Positions 8,612 through 19,315 of a stretch of 24,000 nucleotides of DNA are shown here, in pieces. Source of the DNA: Nitrososphaerota archaeon (GTDB lineage Archaea; Thermoproteota; Nitrososphaeria_A; Caldarchaeales; Calditenuaceae); contig JAWBQR010000006.1 in the NCBI GenBank assembly GCA_038845265.1, positions 71,400 through 95,399 of the forward strand. The letters run 5' to 3'. The position numbers were made by a program, and so were the translations under genes. Under the pieces are notes generated by a model. It did no database searches. It was given only the letters and a program-made list of their open reading frames with translations, and was not told the origin of the DNA. Within the stretch, counting starts at the first letter, position 1. Every line of letters starts with the position of its first letter.

Positions 8612-10924
8612 TTAAACTATTTCCAATAATTTAAGAATGAATGCCTGACCAGCTGATATGCATCCGTCATTCGGGGGGAGTCTTTTACTCATTTTGAGGA
8701 TTAAACCGGAGTTTTTTAAGGACGATTCAATTCCTTGAATAATGTACTCATTTACGGCTGCACCACCACTAACATAAACAACATTACTTCCATAATTAAG
8801 TGCTTCTTCTAGTGCTGCATTGCCAAGTAGTTTCCCAATAATTAATTGTGCAGTGTACGCAATATCTTGACTTTTCGTATTATCTATCAGATCGACTAAT
8901 TGACGAATTATCTCCGTCGAAGGAATGATTCCATCCTTGTAGTTAATTAGGTCTGAAGTTAATAGTTTAATTTCTCGCCCATTACTAGCATGTTCTTCAA
9001 GCAAAATTGCTGGTTCACCCTCATATGTACGCTCTTTACATAATTGCAAAAGGACAGAAACGCTATCAAGTACTCGGCCGGTGCTAGACGTTAATTGTCC
9101 CCTTCCAGATTTAGCCAAAGATATACATTGTTGGAACTCTTCGAAGCCGTGGGGAAAATAATGAATTAATCCTCTTCTCTCGAATAATCTTACGATTTCT
9201 TCTTCACTCAATATTTTGCTTAGAATTGATACAAGCATTCTAGCCGGATATTTAGTAGCTAGGTCTCCTCCAGGCATAATTTGATACTCGAGATGAGCTT
9301 TTCTTTCAATTTTTTCAGAATCCCATGTAAGTATCTCGCCTCCCCAGATTGCTCCATCCTCGCCATATCCTGCACCATCAATCGTTATTGCTACAGCTGG
9401 TTCATCAATGTCGTGTAGATTATCAAGCATGGCTGATGCCATATGCGCTTTATGATGCTGAACTTTGATTAGCTCCGATCCATATTTATTACTCCAATTT
9501 TCAGCAAGAAGAGAAGAACTATAAAGAGGATGTAAATCAGAAACTATGATTGCGTCTTTTGGATTGATTTTGTAATAATTACATAACCTATAGAGATATT
9601 TCTCAAGGTCCTTATAACACTCGTATTCATCAACATCGCCGATATATTGTGTAGGAATTATTTTGTTGTCTATCGCTATCGCGCCCGTGCTCTGTAGATC
9701 TGAGCCGAATGCGATGACAGGTCTACTGAATCTTAGATTAGTTTCTATCCATCTAGGCGCATACCCTCTCCCTCTTCTTAAGAATACTGCCTCGCCCCTA
9801 GTAAACCTAATGACTGAGTCATCAACTCTGTTTATTATACGTCTATTATGTACTAGGAAATAGTCTGCCACACTTGTCAACTTCTTTAAATCCTCTTCAC
9901 CAATTATCATGGGATGACCAGTAGGGTTTCCGCTTGTCATTATTGCAAATTTATCCTTAATATTCATCAATAAGAGATAATGAAGCCCCGTATATGGTAT
10001 GAAAACTCCCAAGGTGTTTAGTCCTGGTGCTACTAAAGGAGAAACATTAGCATCAGCAGTCCTAGGCAGAATTAATATCGGTCTCTCATAACTCAGCAGT
10101 AATTTCTCAGCCTTATCATTTACCAAAACAAGTTTTTTTAAAATCTCAAGATTTAATGCCATTATAGCGAAAGGCTGTCTTGGACGATGCTTTCGGAGGC
10201 GTAGCTTTAAGACAACCTCGTCATCAGATGCTAGGCATGCTAAATGGTAGCCTCCAATGCCTTTGACAGCCACGATGCATCCTTCATTTATCAGTTTGGC
10301 GGTTTCAAGAATAGGGTCTCTGACATTTAGCAATTTTAAATCGTTGTCAAGTAGATTTAGTCTCGGCCCACAATATGAACAGCTGATTCCCTCTCCGTGG
10401 AATCGTCTTATATCTGATACATTATTATATTCTTCAATGCAGCTGGGACATAGCGGGAATTCTTTCCAACTAGTGTTATCTCTATCGTAGGGTATACTTT
10501 CAATGATAGAATACCTTGGACCGCACCATGCACATGAATTAAACGCATATGCATATCTCCTATTTTCTTTGTCGAGGATCTCTTTTAGACACCACTCACA
10601 GATACTTATGTCTGGAGGAACTTCAGAAATGAGGAGGGAGTCTGAAGAACTTTTATGAATAGTAAATTCATTGAAGTTGTTTGGTTTCGCGTCATTAATT
10701 ATTATTTTTTCTATCTTTGCTGTCGGAGTTATACCTTTTTCTATGGATTTGATGAAAAGTTCAACTTTTCTGTCTTCACCCTCTACCCAGATCTCGACTT
10801 CTCCTCCACCCAGGTTTTTTACATATCCATTTACTCCTACACTTAATGCGAGACGAGTGATGGCGGGTCTGAATCCTACACCCTGAACAACGCCAGTGAC
10901 AGTTATTCTAACAGCCCTTAGCAT
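8612..10924 (-). CDS. hypF: [NiFe]-hydrogenase maturation carbamoyltransferase HypF
   Basis: The 770 aa protein has an N-terminal acylphosphatase domain (VTGVVQGVGFRP), two CxxC...CxxCGPR zinc-finger pairs, and YrdC-like and Kae1-like C-terminal regions. It overlaps hypE by 7 nt. Confidence 0.95.
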   Translation of the reverse strand: MLRAVRITVTGVVQGVGFRPAITRLALSVGVNGYVKNLGGGEVEIWVEGEDRKVELFIKSIEKGITPTAKIEKIIINDAKPNNFNEFTIHKSSSDSLLISEVPPDISICEWCLKEILDKENRRYAYAFNSCAWCGPRYSIIESIPYDRDNTSWKEFPLCPSCIEEYNNVSDIRRFHGEGISCSYCGPRLNLLDNDLKLLNVRDPILETAKLINEGCIVAVKGIGGYHLACLASDDEVVLKLRLRKHRPRQPFAIMALNLEILKKLVLVNDKAEKLLLSYERPILILPRTADANVSPLVAPGLNTLGVFIPYTGLHYLLLMNIKDKFAIMTSGNPTGHPMIIGEEDLKKLTSVADYFLVHNRRIINRVDDSVIRFTRGEAVFLRRGRGYAPRWIETNLRFSRPVIAFGSDLQSTGAIAIDNKIIPTQYIGDVDEYECYKDLEKYLYRLCNYYKINPKDAIIVSDLHPLYSSSLLAENWSNKYGSELIKVQHHKAHMASAMLDNLHDIDEPAVAITIDGAGYGEDGAIWGGEILTWDSEKIERKAHLEYQIMPGGDLATKYPARMLVSILSKILSEEEIVRLFERRGLIHYFPHGFEEFQQCISLAKSGRGQLTSSTGRVLDSVSVLLQLCKERTYEGEPAILLEEHASNGREIKLLTSDLINYKDGIIPSTEIIRQLVDLIDNTKSQDIAYTAQLIIGKLLGNAALEEALNYGSNVVYVSGGAAVNEYIIQGIESSLKNSGLILKMSKRLPPNDGCISAGQAFILKLLEIV

Positions 10925-11973
10925 ATCCTTGGAACCGGATCACCAATAGGCGGAGGAATGATTCTTTTACCACCAATAGTTGTCTCTAAAATTACACCTT
11001 TAAATGAATCGGTAACGTATCCGATTATACTTGCTTGGCTCCAACCTGAATTCTTAATTGATTCAAGAATTTCTTCGGCCTTATCGTTTATGACACTCAT
11101 TACAACCTTTCCTTCGTTTCCAACCTCAAGTATGTCGATGCCTAACAATTCAGACGCTGCCTTAGCTGCTGAACTTATTGGTAATGCGTCTTCTCTAATG
11201 ACGAATCCGAGCCCTGTATTTTCTGCCCACTCATTTAACAATCCAGCAAGTCCTCCCCTTGTCGGGTCTTTTGCGCAAGTAACGCCGCCGACCTTCAATG
11301 CCTCTCTCATCAATTTATTTAGAGGGGCTACGTCTGATTTTACGTCTGATTTAAAGCCCAATTCTCCACGCGCAGCAAGAATTGCTACTGCATGGTCGCC
11401 GAGGGGGCCATTCAAAATTATCTTATCTCCAGCCCTAATGTTTTTAGTTATAAGCCACATCGAGGAATGGTCATCCCTACTTCTCTTAATTATTTCGTAG
11501 TTTTGCATTAATTCTTGGCCGGGTACCCCTATGCCGGAACAGTTAATCAAGAGTTTATCGACTCGGCCCTTCTCAACTACTTTTGTATCACCAGTAATTA
11601 TTGAGGTTTCTGCCTCAAGAGCTGCCTCCCTCATGCTGTTTAAGATCTTTTCAATATTGGAAATCTCAAACCCCTCTTCGATTATTAAGCCGCAAGATAC
11701 TCCAAGAATTTTTGTTGCTCCTTTAACTGCTAAGTCATTAATTGTTCCGCACACAGCCATCCTACCGATATCGCCTCCTGGAAAGAATAGTGGATATACA
11801 GTGTACGAATCAGTTGTAAATGCTATACCGTTAACAATTGCTGAATCTTCAAGGAGATAGAGAGGTACATCAATATTCCTGGATAAATCACCAAAATATT
11901 TTAAAACATACTTATGAATAAATTGCAGCATATATTTTCCGCCCGCGCCGTGAAGCATTGTAACATTATTCAT
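10918..11973 (-). CDS. hypE: Hydrogenase maturation protein HypE (carbamoyl dehydratase)
   Basis: The protein has a PurM-like fold pattern, an N-terminal HGAGG, and the diagnostic C-terminal PRIC ending in the thiocyanate-carrying Cys. Confidence 0.95.
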   Translation of the reverse strand: MNNVTMLHGAGGKYMLQFIHKYVLKYFGDLSRNIDVPLYLLEDSAIVNGIAFTTDSYTVYPLFFPGGDIGRMAVCGTINDLAVKGATKILGVSCGLIIEEGFEISNIEKILNSMREAALEAETSIITGDTKVVEKGRVDKLLINCSGIGVPGQELMQNYEIIKRSRDDHSSMWLITKNIRAGDKIILNGPLGDHAVAILAARGELGFKSDVKSDVAPLNKLMREALKVGGVTCAKDPTRGGLAGLLNEWAENTGLGFVIREDALPISSAAKAASELLGIDILEVGNEGKVVMSVINDKAEEILESIKNSGWSQASIIGYVTDSFKGVILETTIGGKRIIPPPIGDPVPRIC

Positions 11974-11979
11974 TGTTGA

Positions 11980-12792
11980 TCACTTATTCTTGGGTTTAGA
12001 AATAAACTGTTCAAGCGCCTTAGCAAAACCTTCTGGAAGCTCGATGGACTCCGTTAAAGAGGTATCGGTACATACTCCGACAGTGTAAATATCAGCTGCT
12101 AGCTTATTAGAAGTTTTATTCCAGACAAAATTGCGGAACTTCACATGTTTTCTACCTATTTCTTCAACCCAGACAATTACTTCGATCTCATTGTCCAACC
12201 GGACTGGAGAGAGTATTTTTCCCCCCGTCTCGACTGTCGGTATGAAACGGCCGAATTTATGTATCAGTGTTGAGTATCCAAACCCAACGCTTGCTAATAG
12301 CTCTTGTTGACACCGCTCACAGAACTTGAAATAATTAGTATAATGCATAACCTGTAAATAATCCGTGTCTGAAAGAGATATTTTATATGTCCTTTTGAAA
12401 GCATTGCTAGGAATTTCTAACTTATCTTTTGTATCAACTTCATCATCTTCGTTTATATCTTTACCTACCCCCTCAATGTTTTGGGCATCGAGGCCAAGAC
12501 TTGATAATAATTTTTTAAAATCCGCCATAGCTTTAGAACTCGCTTCCTCAGGGCTAAGCCCCATTTCTCTATAGTTTATTTCTGCTAACTCGGAATACAG
12601 CGCCAAATTTGTCGCTACATCTTTAGGGTCCATTTTTCCAATTATAACTCCTGCGTGAACCATTACAAAATCATTTATATTTACATCGTCTATCGCCAAT
12701 AGAGCTTCCCTGACTACGCCTCCAAAATCTATCTTGGCTATTTTATTTTCATTATCAATTTCTAAAACTTTACCAGGTGCTCCCCAACACAT
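11980..12792 (-). CDS. hypC: HypC (Fe(CN)2CO chaperone) fused to a C-terminal 4HBT/YbgC-like hot-dog thioesterase domain
   Basis: The protein starts MCWGAPGKVLEI (the essential Cys2 HypC signature) and its first ~72 aa look like the HypC OB-fold. Residues 73-130 form an acidic/Ser-rich linker. Residues ~131-250 (YKISLSDTDYLQVMHYTNYFKFCERCQQELL...) resemble acyl-CoA thioesterases of the 4HBT class. The reading frame is a continuous 270 codons. Confidence 0.85.
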   Translation of the reverse strand: MCWGAPGKVLEIDNENKIAKIDFGGVVREALLAIDDVNINDFVMVHAGVIIGKMDPKDVATNLALYSELAEINYREMGLSPEEASSKAMADFKKLLSSLGLDAQNIEGVGKDINEDDEVDTKDKLEIPSNAFKRTYKISLSDTDYLQVMHYTNYFKFCERCQQELLASVGFGYSTLIHKFGRFIPTVETGGKILSPVRLDNEIEVIVWVEEIGRKHVKFRNFVWNKTSNKLAADIYTVGVCTDTSLTESIELPEGFAKALEQFISKPKNK

Positions 12793-12795
12793 ATC

Positions 12796-14022
12796 TTATT
12801 CCCCTTTATTGATTAGTGAATTTTTAATGTCTCCATGTTTTGCCCATACATTACATGTCCCCTCAATCGATACCATGCATGGTCCCCACGGTGTCTCGGG
12901 CGTGCATGATTTCATAAATAGTGGACAATCTGTTGGTTTGGATATTCCGAGCACTACTTCCCCGCATCTACAGTTAGGAGGCAAATCGTACTTCCCGGGC
13001 TCTCCGAAATGCGCATGAGTCATAACATACTCAGAAGGTGAAGCGTCAGGTATACCAAAATACTCAAAGGCATCATAGATCTTCCTGAAATCTTCTCGAA
13101 ACATTAATCCACTTCTCGCTATCATGCCAATCCCCCTCCAGGCGGCGTATGTGGGCTGAAAAACCTCATTCACCATTTTTTTTACATAAGAGTTACCATT
13201 AGGTTTAACTAACCTTTTGTACTCGATTTCTAGTCTTGGTTTTTGGTTATCAATCATTTTAAGAATTGTTGCGATCGCCATTAGTATATCTATTGGCTCA
13301 AATCCCGTAACAACGGTTGGGAGACCGAAGTTTTCAGGAAGAAATCGCCACTCATAACCGCCAATGACGGCCGAGACATGTCCAGGCGCTATGACCCCCA
13401 TTATAGGGAGTAATCCTCTTTCCTTGTACAGCTTTACAGTAAACTTCATCGCTGGCGGAGTGAGACGTACAAGACTCATGAACTTAAGGTTGGTTGGTAC
13501 CTCTCCCTTATAAAAGAAGAAGCCGTAAATAGGTAAAATTGTCTCAAAGCCTATTCCGAGAAATATGCTTTCCTTTTTATGTGTTTTTGCGTCTTTTATG
13601 GCGTCAAAAAATGAATAGACAACTTTGACTTCAGCGCCCAGGGACTTTGCTTCATAAAGAGATCTTGCTGGTGTTTTAGGCCTACTTGAAGGAAGCCTAA
13701 GTGCATCGCCATATGTATAAATAGTATATCCTTCAAGTGCAAGCTTAATAGACATATCTATGTAGTTTGACGGCACTACGCATACTGGGCAGCCTGGACC
13801 GGCTACAAGCTCTATGCTTCGTGGCAATAAGCTCCTCAATCCATAATGCGTTATAGCCCATTCATGCGTACCGCAGAAATGCATTATCTTAATTAATGAA
13901 TTATTTTCGAATTGTTTTTTCATGATTTTCTCTGCATATTTTTTGATTATTCCAATTAATGATGAAGCAAGTTCACGGTTGCTTCGAAATATATCCTGAA
14001 CAGTTCTCAGCTCTGGTTGCAA
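12796..14022 (-). CDS. hypD: Hydrogenase maturation protein HypD
   Basis: Diagnostic motifs are present: FCGTHEW, GPGCPVCV, GFET, PGHVS and a C-terminal Cys cluster (CRCGEV...CPLFMKSC...GPCMVSIEGTC). The start is TTG at 14022, overlapping the protease gene by 16 nt. Confidence 0.95.
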   Translation of the reverse strand: MQPELRTVQDIFRSNRELASSLIGIIKKYAEKIMKKQFENNSLIKIMHFCGTHEWAITHYGLRSLLPRSIELVAGPGCPVCVVPSNYIDMSIKLALEGYTIYTYGDALRLPSSRPKTPARSLYEAKSLGAEVKVVYSFFDAIKDAKTHKKESIFLGIGFETILPIYGFFFYKGEVPTNLKFMSLVRLTPPAMKFTVKLYKERGLLPIMGVIAPGHVSAVIGGYEWRFLPENFGLPTVVTGFEPIDILMAIATILKMIDNQKPRLEIEYKRLVKPNGNSYVKKMVNEVFQPTYAAWRGIGMIARSGLMFREDFRKIYDAFEYFGIPDASPSEYVMTHAHFGEPGKYDLPPNCRCGEVVLGISKPTDCPLFMKSCTPETPWGPCMVSIEGTCNVWAKHGDIKNSLINKGE

Positions 14023-14498
14023 TTAATATGGTCACCTCTTCTAGTAATTTTCATAATGATGTCAAAAACATTCTTTGTAATTGAATCCAATTTTTCGGAA
14101 ATTTCTAGTGAAATATTATCTCCAATTGTATATGGATCTTTTGTTTCAATTGCAATTATATGTATAAAGTTAGGACGAAGTAATTCTAGTGCATGGATAG
14201 CCATCAAGGCTTCAGGAAGTCCTGCATAATGAGGTGAAAACACAGACATGGATTTCATTAAATCCCCATCCAGTTCGTATACGTGTCCTACTGGATGTTT
14301 GTTGCTTCTTATACCATCAACTATTATGACCATGTCGTAGCCGTGAATGTAATCTAGTAATGAGAGTCCTGTTTTTTCTAAGATATGCGTATCAATACCC
14401 ATTTTTTCTAGTTCTCCCATCAGACGTTTCCCTACTTCTATTCCTACGGCATCATCCCTGTAAATAGGATTACCGAGGAATAGAACGACTACTTTCAC
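14007..14498 (-). CDS. [NiFe]-hydrogenase maturation endopeptidase (HycI/FrhD/HybD family)
   Basis: The N-terminal VVLFLGNPIYRDDAVG motif, the IIVDG and SPHYAGL motifs, the 163 aa length and the position directly downstream of the large subunit all fit this family. Confidence 0.85.
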   Translation of the reverse strand: MKVVVLFLGNPIYRDDAVGIEVGKRLMGELEKMGIDTHILEKTGLSLLDYIHGYDMVIIVDGIRSNKHPVGHVYELDGDLMKSMSVFSPHYAGLPEALMAIHALELLRPNFIHIIAIETKDPYTIGDNISLEISEKLDSITKNVFDIIMKITRRGDHINCNQS

Positions 14499-14504
14499 AG
14501 CCGA

Positions 14505-15965
14505 TTATAAATTATGCCGAACTACATTAAGTAGTTTGCCATTCATGTCATAAATGTATACAGCTAGTGGCATATTCCCCGGCAGTGAATGAGTTCCACA
14601 CGCATGGCATGGGTCATAGGCCCTAAACGCCATCTCTATCATGTTTAATATACCTTCATTTATCTGGCCTTGTCTGATCAATTGTTTTGCTGCCTTATCA
14701 ATTGATAAGGCAATTCTTGCAGCATTGTTTTGTGTAGCGACTATGAGATTAGCCTGTTTAACTACTCCACGTTCATCAGTTATGTAGTGATGTATTAATG
14801 TGCCTCGAGGCGCCTCAACGACTCCCATACCTTCACTTGGTTGATCTTTAGGAATATTTCTTATATTTTGATCAGTTATATCAGGATCATTTGCTAATTC
14901 CTGAATTCTTTCTGCTGCATAAATCATCTCTATCACCCTTGCCCAGTGGTTTGCGAGAGTGTGATGAACAGGTCTACCAATCATCGAAATCATTTCCTCA
15001 AATGCTGATTGTGCCTCATGTGTAGGTAATGATTGAGAAACATTAAGTCTCGCAAGGGGTGCTACACTATATATCCCGCTATCTTCTCCATCAATGAATC
15101 CTTTCCAACCTATTTTCTTTAGGAAAGTGAATTTAATATATGTCCATGGCTCAACATGTTCTCCAACATATTCTAAGTACTGATGTACATCAAATTTAGC
15201 AAATTCATTACCCTTTGGGTCGACTACTCTTATTTTTCCATCATAGAAGTTGAGCTGGTTCTTCTCATCAACTAAACCCATATAATAGGTTCTATGTGTA
15301 TATGCATCGCTAGTTATAAGATTGAAGTATTGGTCATTACTTAATACTAGAGTTTTAAACAGCTTCATGGTAAATTTTGCAAATTCTACAGACTCTTCTG
15401 CTACTTGTTTTATTTTTTCTAACTCATTATTTTTTATTGGTCTTGAGACTCCGCCAGGCACTCCTGATACTGGATGGATTGTTTTACCACCCAGCATTAG
15501 ATTTATTTCTCTAAGTTTTTTACGAATTGATATAACTCTTAGCACATTTTCTTTACCAACCTTGTTAATTACTCCCAGTATGTTTCTTTCTTCTTTAGGT
15601 GAAGTCGGTCCAACTATGAAATCTGGTCCTCCTAATATATAGACGTGGAGAGCGTGGTCTTCAAGCATGAATATGTTATACATAAGTTCTCTAATCTTTC
15701 TGGCAGTCAGTGTTGGAGGGCAATTATAGAGGTCATCAAGCGTTTTCGTAGAAGCCATGTGATGCGCCATAGGGCAGACACCGCATATCCTAGCAGTGAT
15801 TTGCGGCATGTCCTCGACTGCCCTTCCCTCGGCAAATTTTTCAAATCCCCTGAGTTCTGGTATTTGGATGTATGCTCGGTCCACGTTTCCAACATCATTT
15901 ATAAATATGATTATCTTCCCATGTCCTTCAAGCCTAGTTATTGGGTCAATTACTATTTCTCTCAC
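14505..15965 (-). CDS. mvhA: [NiFe]-hydrogenase large subunit, MvhA-like (group 3c-like)
   Basis: RLEGHG and the proximal Ni-binding RICGVCPMAH motif are present, as is the C-terminal DPCHACGTH followed by a 27-residue extension (SLPGNMPL...RHNL) expected to be removed by the endopeptidase. The genomic context includes MvhG, MvhD and HdrA-like genes. Confidence 0.93.
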   Translation of the reverse strand: MREIVIDPITRLEGHGKIIIFINDVGNVDRAYIQIPELRGFEKFAEGRAVEDMPQITARICGVCPMAHHMASTKTLDDLYNCPPTLTARKIRELMYNIFMLEDHALHVYILGGPDFIVGPTSPKEERNILGVINKVGKENVLRVISIRKKLREINLMLGGKTIHPVSGVPGGVSRPIKNNELEKIKQVAEESVEFAKFTMKLFKTLVLSNDQYFNLITSDAYTHRTYYMGLVDEKNQLNFYDGKIRVVDPKGNEFAKFDVHQYLEYVGEHVEPWTYIKFTFLKKIGWKGFIDGEDSGIYSVAPLARLNVSQSLPTHEAQSAFEEMISMIGRPVHHTLANHWARVIEMIYAAERIQELANDPDITDQNIRNIPKDQPSEGMGVVEAPRGTLIHHYITDERGVVKQANLIVATQNNAARIALSIDKAAKQLIRQGQINEGILNMIEMAFRAYDPCHACGTHSLPGNMPLAVYIYDMNGKLLNVVRHNL

Positions 15966-16948
15966 TTTCTCACACTCCTGAGAATATTTCTTAAGCCTGA
16001 TTTTGGAAGCGAGTATTTGTAAATTAAACCTAAAATGTCCGGGAGCTTTGAGATTTCTTTTCTTATTTGTTCTTCATCTTCGAGATCTAGTATACTGCCA
16101 AGGAAGGATATCGCCTTTCCTCCATAATCATGAATATTGTCAAGTGGTCCGAAGCAGCCTGTGCAGGGCATGTTAGCTTTAATGCAGAGCGCACTGCATC
16201 CTCCTCTCGTCACAGGACCTAAGCAGGGCAATCCTTGAACTAGGAGACACTGATTTGGGTCAGGCACGAAGTGGACTACTCGTTTAAATTCTTTAATTAA
16301 TACATTCTCTGGCTTTGTATCATTAAGCGGACATTCATTGCATAACGATTTGTTGCTGGCTCCTATCACTGAGCCCTTGCTGGGAAGCTTTCCTGATAAT
16401 AATATATTGATCGCTTCCCAAGTAACTTCAGGTGTTGGTGGACATCCAGGCACGTAATAATCTACGGTAATAACCTCGTCAAGAGGCTTGAGGCTAGGTA
16501 AAAATTCTGGTAAATCAATTTTAGCACCATTGATTTCTACAGGGCGAGTCTGGGAAGGTATTATTTTCTCAGGATTAACAGTAGTGGGCGTAGTTATATA
16601 GGCCCTTTCAAGTATCTCCTCTCGTCTATAATTGTTTGCTAGTCCAGGAATTCCTCCCCAACATGCACATGCTCCATATGCCACGACGAACATAGATTTT
16701 CTCCTCAGCAATTTTACTATCTTCTCATGTTCGGATAAACGAACACCGCCATTAATGAAGCTCACAGTTATTGAATCATCTGGCATAGCCTCTATGTCCG
16801 GGATCTTGAAGTCCATGGCGACAGGCCAAAACACGATATCGACAAGATTAACCACATCTAAAATTTTCTCACCTAAGTCTACTACTGCTTCTTCGCATCC
16901 ACCACAGCTTGCGCACCAATAAAATGCAACTTTTGGACGTATACTCAT
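15962..16948 (-). CDS. mvhG: [NiFe]-hydrogenase small subunit, MvhG-like; no Tat signal (cytoplasmic)
   Basis: The N-terminal [14 protein letters not shown] and [11 protein letters not shown] proximal-cluster motifs are present, with further Cys clusters ([19 protein letters not shown]...CTGC). The protein begins directly at MSIRPKVAF, with no twin-arginine leader. Confidence 0.9.
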   Translation of the reverse strand: MSIRPKVAFYWCASCGGCEEAVVDLGEKILDVVNLVDIVFWPVAMDFKIPDIEAMPDDSITVSFINGGVRLSEHEKIVKLLRRKSMFVVAYGACACWGGIPGLANNYRREEILERAYITTPTTVNPEKIIPSQTRPVEINGAKIDLPEFLPSLKPLDEVITVDYYVPGCPPTPEVTWEAINILLSGKLPSKGSVIGASNKSLCNECPLNDTKPENVLIKEFKRVVHFVPDPNQCLLVQGLPCLGPVTRGGCSALCIKANMPCTGCFGPLDNIHDYGGKAISFLGSILDLEDEEQIRKEISKLPDILGLIYKYSLPKSGLRNILRSVRK

Positions 16949-17382
16949 ACGGCTTCGACCTCTAATTTGACTGGGCCTAATCTTTTCAGATCTCTAACCA
17001 TTTCATTTACTACTTGTACCCACTTATTTGCTTCCGATGCTGATATCCATTCAAGTCTGAATCGCTCCTTTTCGATTCCTAATTCCTCTAACAATCTTCG
17101 GAATAAGCTATAACGTCTAAGTGCCTTTATGTTTCCACTAATGTAGTGACAATCAGAAGGTGGATGGCAACCGGCTACGATTACACCATCAGCACCCTGC
17201 TCAAATGCCGCGAGGACGAATTGTGGATCAATACGTCCAGAACACATGACTCTGATAACTCTCACATTTGGCGGATACTGCATCCTACTAGTTCCGGCTA
17301 GGTCAACAGCAGCATAGGTACACCAATTACAGGCGAATACAACAATTTTAGGCTCGTAGTCATTAGAGCTCATTTTAGTCAC
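16945..17382 (-). CDS. mvhD: MvhD / FlpD-family hydrogenase iron-sulfur (delta) subunit
   Basis: [18 protein letters not shown]...VMCSGRIDP...[18 protein letters not shown] is the hallmark of the MvhD family. The start is GTG 17382 or ATG 17373. Confidence 0.9.
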   Translation of the reverse strand: MTKMSSNDYEPKIVVFACNWCTYAAVDLAGTSRMQYPPNVRVIRVMCSGRIDPQFVLAAFEQGADGVIVAGCHPPSDCHYISGNIKALRRYSLFRRLLEELGIEKERFRLEWISASEANKWVQVVNEMVRDLKRLGPVKLEVEAV

Positions 17383-19315
17383 CTTTTATTAATGCCAAAA
17401 CTTGAGCTAGTACCTGTCTGTCCTTAAAGCTATACTGCTGCATCGCTCCTGATGGACATGCTGCAGAACAAGTACCGCAACCCATGCATAATGCTCTCTC
17501 GACGTAGGCAATCATTCTTCCATTAATTTCTTTGAGTGAAATAGCCTTATATGGACATAAGCCCACGCAGATCCTACAACCACTACACAATTCATCATTT
17601 ACGGTGGCTACAAATGGTTCAGTCTTGACTTTTCCTTTTGATAAGAGAGCAGCCGCCTTAGAAGCAGCGGCACTTCCAGTTCTAATACTCTCAATAATGT
17701 TTTTTGGCCCAGTAACTGACCCTGCTAGAAAGATGCCTTGGGTAGGAGCTTCTACTGGATTAAGCTTGAGATGCGCTTCTCTGAGAAATCCATCTGTGCC
17801 ACAACTAGCTCTGGTAACTGCAAGTAGGTCTATAAGATCCCTTCTCGGAATCATACCTACCGATAAAACGATTAAATCTACCGGTATGCTTATTTCTTCC
17901 TGAATAGTGACTTCATATACGTCAATTAAAATTCCTTCAGGGCCAATGTCCACTACTGGGGGTTCCTCAAATTTGATGAACTTAATGAGATGCTCTCCGG
18001 CCCTCTCATAAAGACTTTCATCATTTCCATAAGTATTGATGTCTTGGTAAAGAATAAACACATCTGTTTCAGGATACTTTTCTTTTATTTTGATCGCATT
18101 TATCAATGTAGATGTGCAGCACATCCTTGAACAATAACTCTTAGAATTGGGCGTTGTATTACGCGAGCCTACGCATAATATAAAAGCGATTCTTTTAGGT
18201 ATCGTTCCTCCTATTATTAATTTTCCCTGAGTTGGGCCGTCTTTATCTAAAAGTCTCTCTAGCTGGAATAGCGTAATTACATTATTATGAAGACCATATG
18301 CATATTCGCCCTTTGGTGGAATGTATGGATCATATCCAGTAGCTATGATGAGTGCTCCAACATTTAAATCCAACAATTTAGGTTGCTCAGATAAATCGAT
18401 TGCATTAAACCTACATGCTTTTACGCACTCGCCACACTTGATGCAGACTCTTTGATCTATAACATACATGAGTGGATAGGCTGTCTTAAATGGATAATAG
18501 ATGGCTTTTCTTCTTGATAATCCATATTGATACTCATCTGACAATTCGATTGGGCACTCAACTTCACATTCTCCGCACAAAATGCATTTTTCATTTATAT
18601 ACCGCGGATTTATTCTGATTTTTGCTTTAAAGTTGCCTGGAAAACCACCAAACTCGATTAGTTCAGAATTTGTGAATACGTGGATCTTTCTATTCTCTGC
18701 AATTTTGTTAATTAAATTATTTACTACATCGGCACCTCTTCTATCACTTTCAAGCCATCCGGTTAGGGCGGCTCTCCCCCCAAGCGTGGGGCTTTTCTCA
18801 ACTAAATAAACTTCAAATCCATATTCCGCAAGGTCAATTGCAGCCCTCATTCCAGCGACGCCACCGCCAAGCACCAAAACGGCGGGATATGTCTGAAACT
18901 CTGTCTCTTCCAATGGTTCTAGGAGAGCGGCCTTGGCAACAGCCATCCTAATTAAGTCCATAGCCTTCTTAGTGGCTGCTTCTCTATCAGAATGAGCCCA
19001 TGAGCAATGCTCCCTGATATTTGCCATTTCTAATAAGTACTTATTCAGTCCTGCACTTTCTATGGCGGACCGGAATGTAGGTTCATGCATTGAGGGTGAG
19101 CAAGCAGCAACTACAACTCTATTCAAATTATGCTTCTTTATCTCTTCCTTTATCAATTCTTGGCCTACAGTTGAGCACATAAACACATAGTCGTGACTCA
19201 CTATAACATTCGGAAGTTTCTTTGCATATTCACTGACTGTTTTAACATCTACTTTTGAGGCTATGTTATGTCCACAATGACAGATAAATACTCCAACCCT
19301 AGGCTCAATACTCAT
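17375..19315 (-). CDS. Full-length HdrA-family flavoprotein (HdrA/QmoB-like, without a fused MvhD domain)
   Basis: The N-terminal domain is HdrA-type ([18 protein letters not shown]) and the FAD dinucleotide fold is [18 protein letters not shown]. An inserted ferredoxin ([23 protein letters not shown]), the HdrA signature CVGSRN...YCSRMCC and a C-terminal 2x[4Fe-4S] ferredoxin ([24 protein letters not shown]) are also present. Confidence 0.85.
   Translation of the reverse strand: MSIEPRVGVFICHCGHNIASKVDVKTVSEYAKKLPNVIVSHDYVFMCSTVGQELIKEEIKKHNLNRVVVAACSPSMHEPTFRSAIESAGLNKYLLEMANIREHCSWAHSDREAATKKAMDLIRMAVAKAALLEPLEETEFQTYPAVLVLGGGVAGMRAAIDLAEYGFEVYLVEKSPTLGGRAALTGWLESDRRGADVVNNLINKIAENRKIHVFTNSELIEFGGFPGNFKAKIRINPRYINEKCILCGECEVECPIELSDEYQYGLSRRKAIYYPFKTAYPLMYVIDQRVCIKCGECVKACRFNAIDLSEQPKLLDLNVGALIIATGYDPYIPPKGEYAYGLHNNVITLFQLERLLDKDGPTQGKLIIGGTIPKRIAFILCVGSRNTTPNSKSYCSRMCCTSTLINAIKIKEKYPETDVFILYQDINTYGNDESLYERAGEHLIKFIKFEEPPVVDIGPEGILIDVYEVTIQEEISIPVDLIVLSVGMIPRRDLIDLLAVTRASCGTDGFLREAHLKLNPVEAPTQGIFLAGSVTGPKNIIESIRTGSAAASKAAALLSKGKVKTEPFVATVNDELCSGCRICVGLCPYKAISLKEINGRMIAYVERALCMGCGTCSAACPSGAMQQYSFKDRQVLAQVLALIKGD

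Noticed and set aside
10958-11860. Two plus-strand ORFs (10958-11500, 180 aa; 11531-11860, 109 aa) lie inside hypE.
   Set aside because: They are antisense shadow ORFs of a gene with a strong HypE signature (PRIC terminus). Their translations are low-complexity and Ser/Pro/Ile-rich, with no recognisable motif.
15322-16022. A cluster of small ORFs on both strands lies within the hydrogenase large-subunit gene (15322-15642, 15645-16022, 15707-15898, 15796-15981).
   Set aside because: All are nested in or antisense to mvhA, whose frame carries the diagnostic Ni-binding motifs. They are typical spurious ORFs in AT-rich coding DNA.
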